Shown here: in pieces, positions 62,973 through 64,000 of the stretch
How positions within the stretch are numbered: position 1 is the first letter of the stretch
Layout of the letters: every line of letters begins with the position of its first letter
IMG/VR virus record: IMGVR_UViG_3300020599_000004
Span: 63,831 to 127,830 of that record
Origin: a virus
Length of the DNA stretch: 64,000 nucleotides
Reading direction: 5' to 3' (one strand)
Position numbers and translations under genes: made by a program
The notes under the pieces: generated by a model
The model's input: only the letters and a program-made list of their open reading frames with translations
Databases searched by the model: none
What the model was told of the DNA's origin: nothing

Positions 62973-64000
62973 ATGGGTTTCCATGTCGATGAAACTGAAA
63001 ACACCAACGGCGGTGAAGAAGCTCGTCGCCCGGCTGGTGAAGGCCTGCGCCGCGAAGACGCTCGCGAACCCCGCGAAGAGCGTGGCCAGCTGCGCGGCTC
63101 CCTGCGCACCATGGGTCAGACCCTGGGTCGCGTCCTGGGTCGTAACACCCAGAGCGAAGCGCTGACCAAGACCGTCGCTGCGCTGAAGGACATCTTCGGC
63201 CAAGACGCCACCTCGCCTGATGGCAAGCTGGACCTGGAAAACTTCAGCGTCCTGAGCCTGGACAGCGCCGAATGGCGCACCGGCATCTCGGCCGCCGTCA
63301 TCGCCTACCCGATGACCAGCGAAGGCAAGACCCACGTGTTCTACTACACCCTGGGCATCGAAGCCAGCGCCGCTATCGGCGGCCTGAAGTCCATCGAGCT
63401 GGGCGCCGGTCGTCGCGCCGAAGTACCGGAAGTCGCCGGCGATGCGCTGAACGACCGTCTGCTGGACAAAGTCGAGCAACTGGTCGACGCTGCCGTCCGC
63501 AAGGACTTCAACGGCGAGTTCGTCCTGATCGACGCCGGCATGAACATCATGTTCTCCGAAGTCAACCCGGAGCGCGACGAAGACGCCATCCGTTCCCTGG
63601 CCTTCTACGCCTCCGCGGCGATCTCGACCGTGTCGGTGGAGCTGCTGAAGTACCAGCCGAAGTTCGACCTGGGCTGGCTGGAAGACGACGACACCCTGGA
63701 TGTGGTGCCGGACTTCAACCCCAACCAGATCCTCAACGCCAACGGCCTGCCGCGCCGTACCGACGTGACCCTGACCGTCAACGCCAACATGCGCGAGAAA
63801 GACGGCAACCAGCGTACCGCTCTGACCCAACTGGGCGGTGCCCTGGAGTTCGTCTACTCGCCGCCGAGTGGCAACGGTGGTCTGGGTGGCTTCGGTCGTC
63901 GCAGCCGCGAAGACAGCCGCTACTACTTCCCGCAGTTCACCATCACCACGATGGACACCCTGGGCCGCGTCATCACCCCGGAACTGCTGACCGTGAACCT
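62973..64000 (+). CDS. chmA: chimallin (phage nuclear shell protein), 5' part, truncated at window edge
   Basis: AAGGAG RBS; open to the window end with extreme codon bias. It contains VFYYTLGIEAS...EVPEVAGDALN...RTDVTLTV...YYFPQFTIT, and follows the DNA polymerase / gp52-like block as in nucleus-forming phages. Confidence 0.85.
   Translation, partial: MGFHVDETENTNGGEEARRPAGEGLRREDAREPREERGQLRGSLRTMGQTLGRVLGRNTQSEALTKTVAALKDIFGQDATSPDGKLDLENFSVLSLDSAEWRTGISAAVIAYPMTSEGKTHVFYYTLGIEASAAIGGLKSIELGAGRRAEVPEVAGDALNDRLLDKVEQLVDAAVRKDFNGEFVLIDAGMNIMFSEVNPERDEDAIRSLAFYASAAISTVSVELLKYQPKFDLGWLEDDDTLDVVPDFNPNQILNANGLPRRTDVTLTVNANMREKDGNQRTALTQLGGALEFVYSPPSGNGGLGGFGRRSREDSRYYFPQFTITTMDTLGRVITPELLTVN

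Noticed and set aside
1-64000. CRISPR array, rRNA, transposase, reverse transcriptase/DGR
   Set aside because: No regularly spaced repeat-spacer units, rRNA signatures, DDE/HUH transposase or YxDD RT motifs were seen by eye.

Overview
This window is part of a phiKZ-like, nucleus-forming jumbo phage genome (Chimalliviridae-type). It encodes a UvsX/RecA recombinase, four pieces of the split virion RNA polymerase (vRNAP), a 2231-aa tail lytic transglycosylase, prohead protease, tail sheath and tube, baseplate-region proteins, large terminase, PhuZ tubulin, the catalytic part of a family-B DNA polymerase, and the 5' part of chimallin (runs off the right edge). Three group I introns (IA2-like) interrupt the two large vRNAP genes. 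All three follow a GAU (Asp) codon and none has an intact endonuclease, although two keep endonuclease-like remnants. A free-standing GIY-YIG endonuclease lies about 9 kb away. The best candidates for new biology are: (1) a Tad1-like nucleotide-sponge domain embedded in a 335-aa multidomain protein coupled to the DNA polymerase gene; (2) a tandem array of ten diverged, apparently paralogous small acidic proteins between PhuZ and the polymerase; (3) unusual insertions in the intron cores; (4) an unannotated 40-aa zinc-ribbon ORF coupled to a vRNAP subunit whose partner lacks its zinc domain; (5) a cluster of early membrane micro-proteins; (6) a structured non-coding region of about 470 nt; and (7) a dispersed GGCATAA...TTATGCC hairpin family. 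All homology calls come from motif recognition by eye and from memory; no database searches were run.
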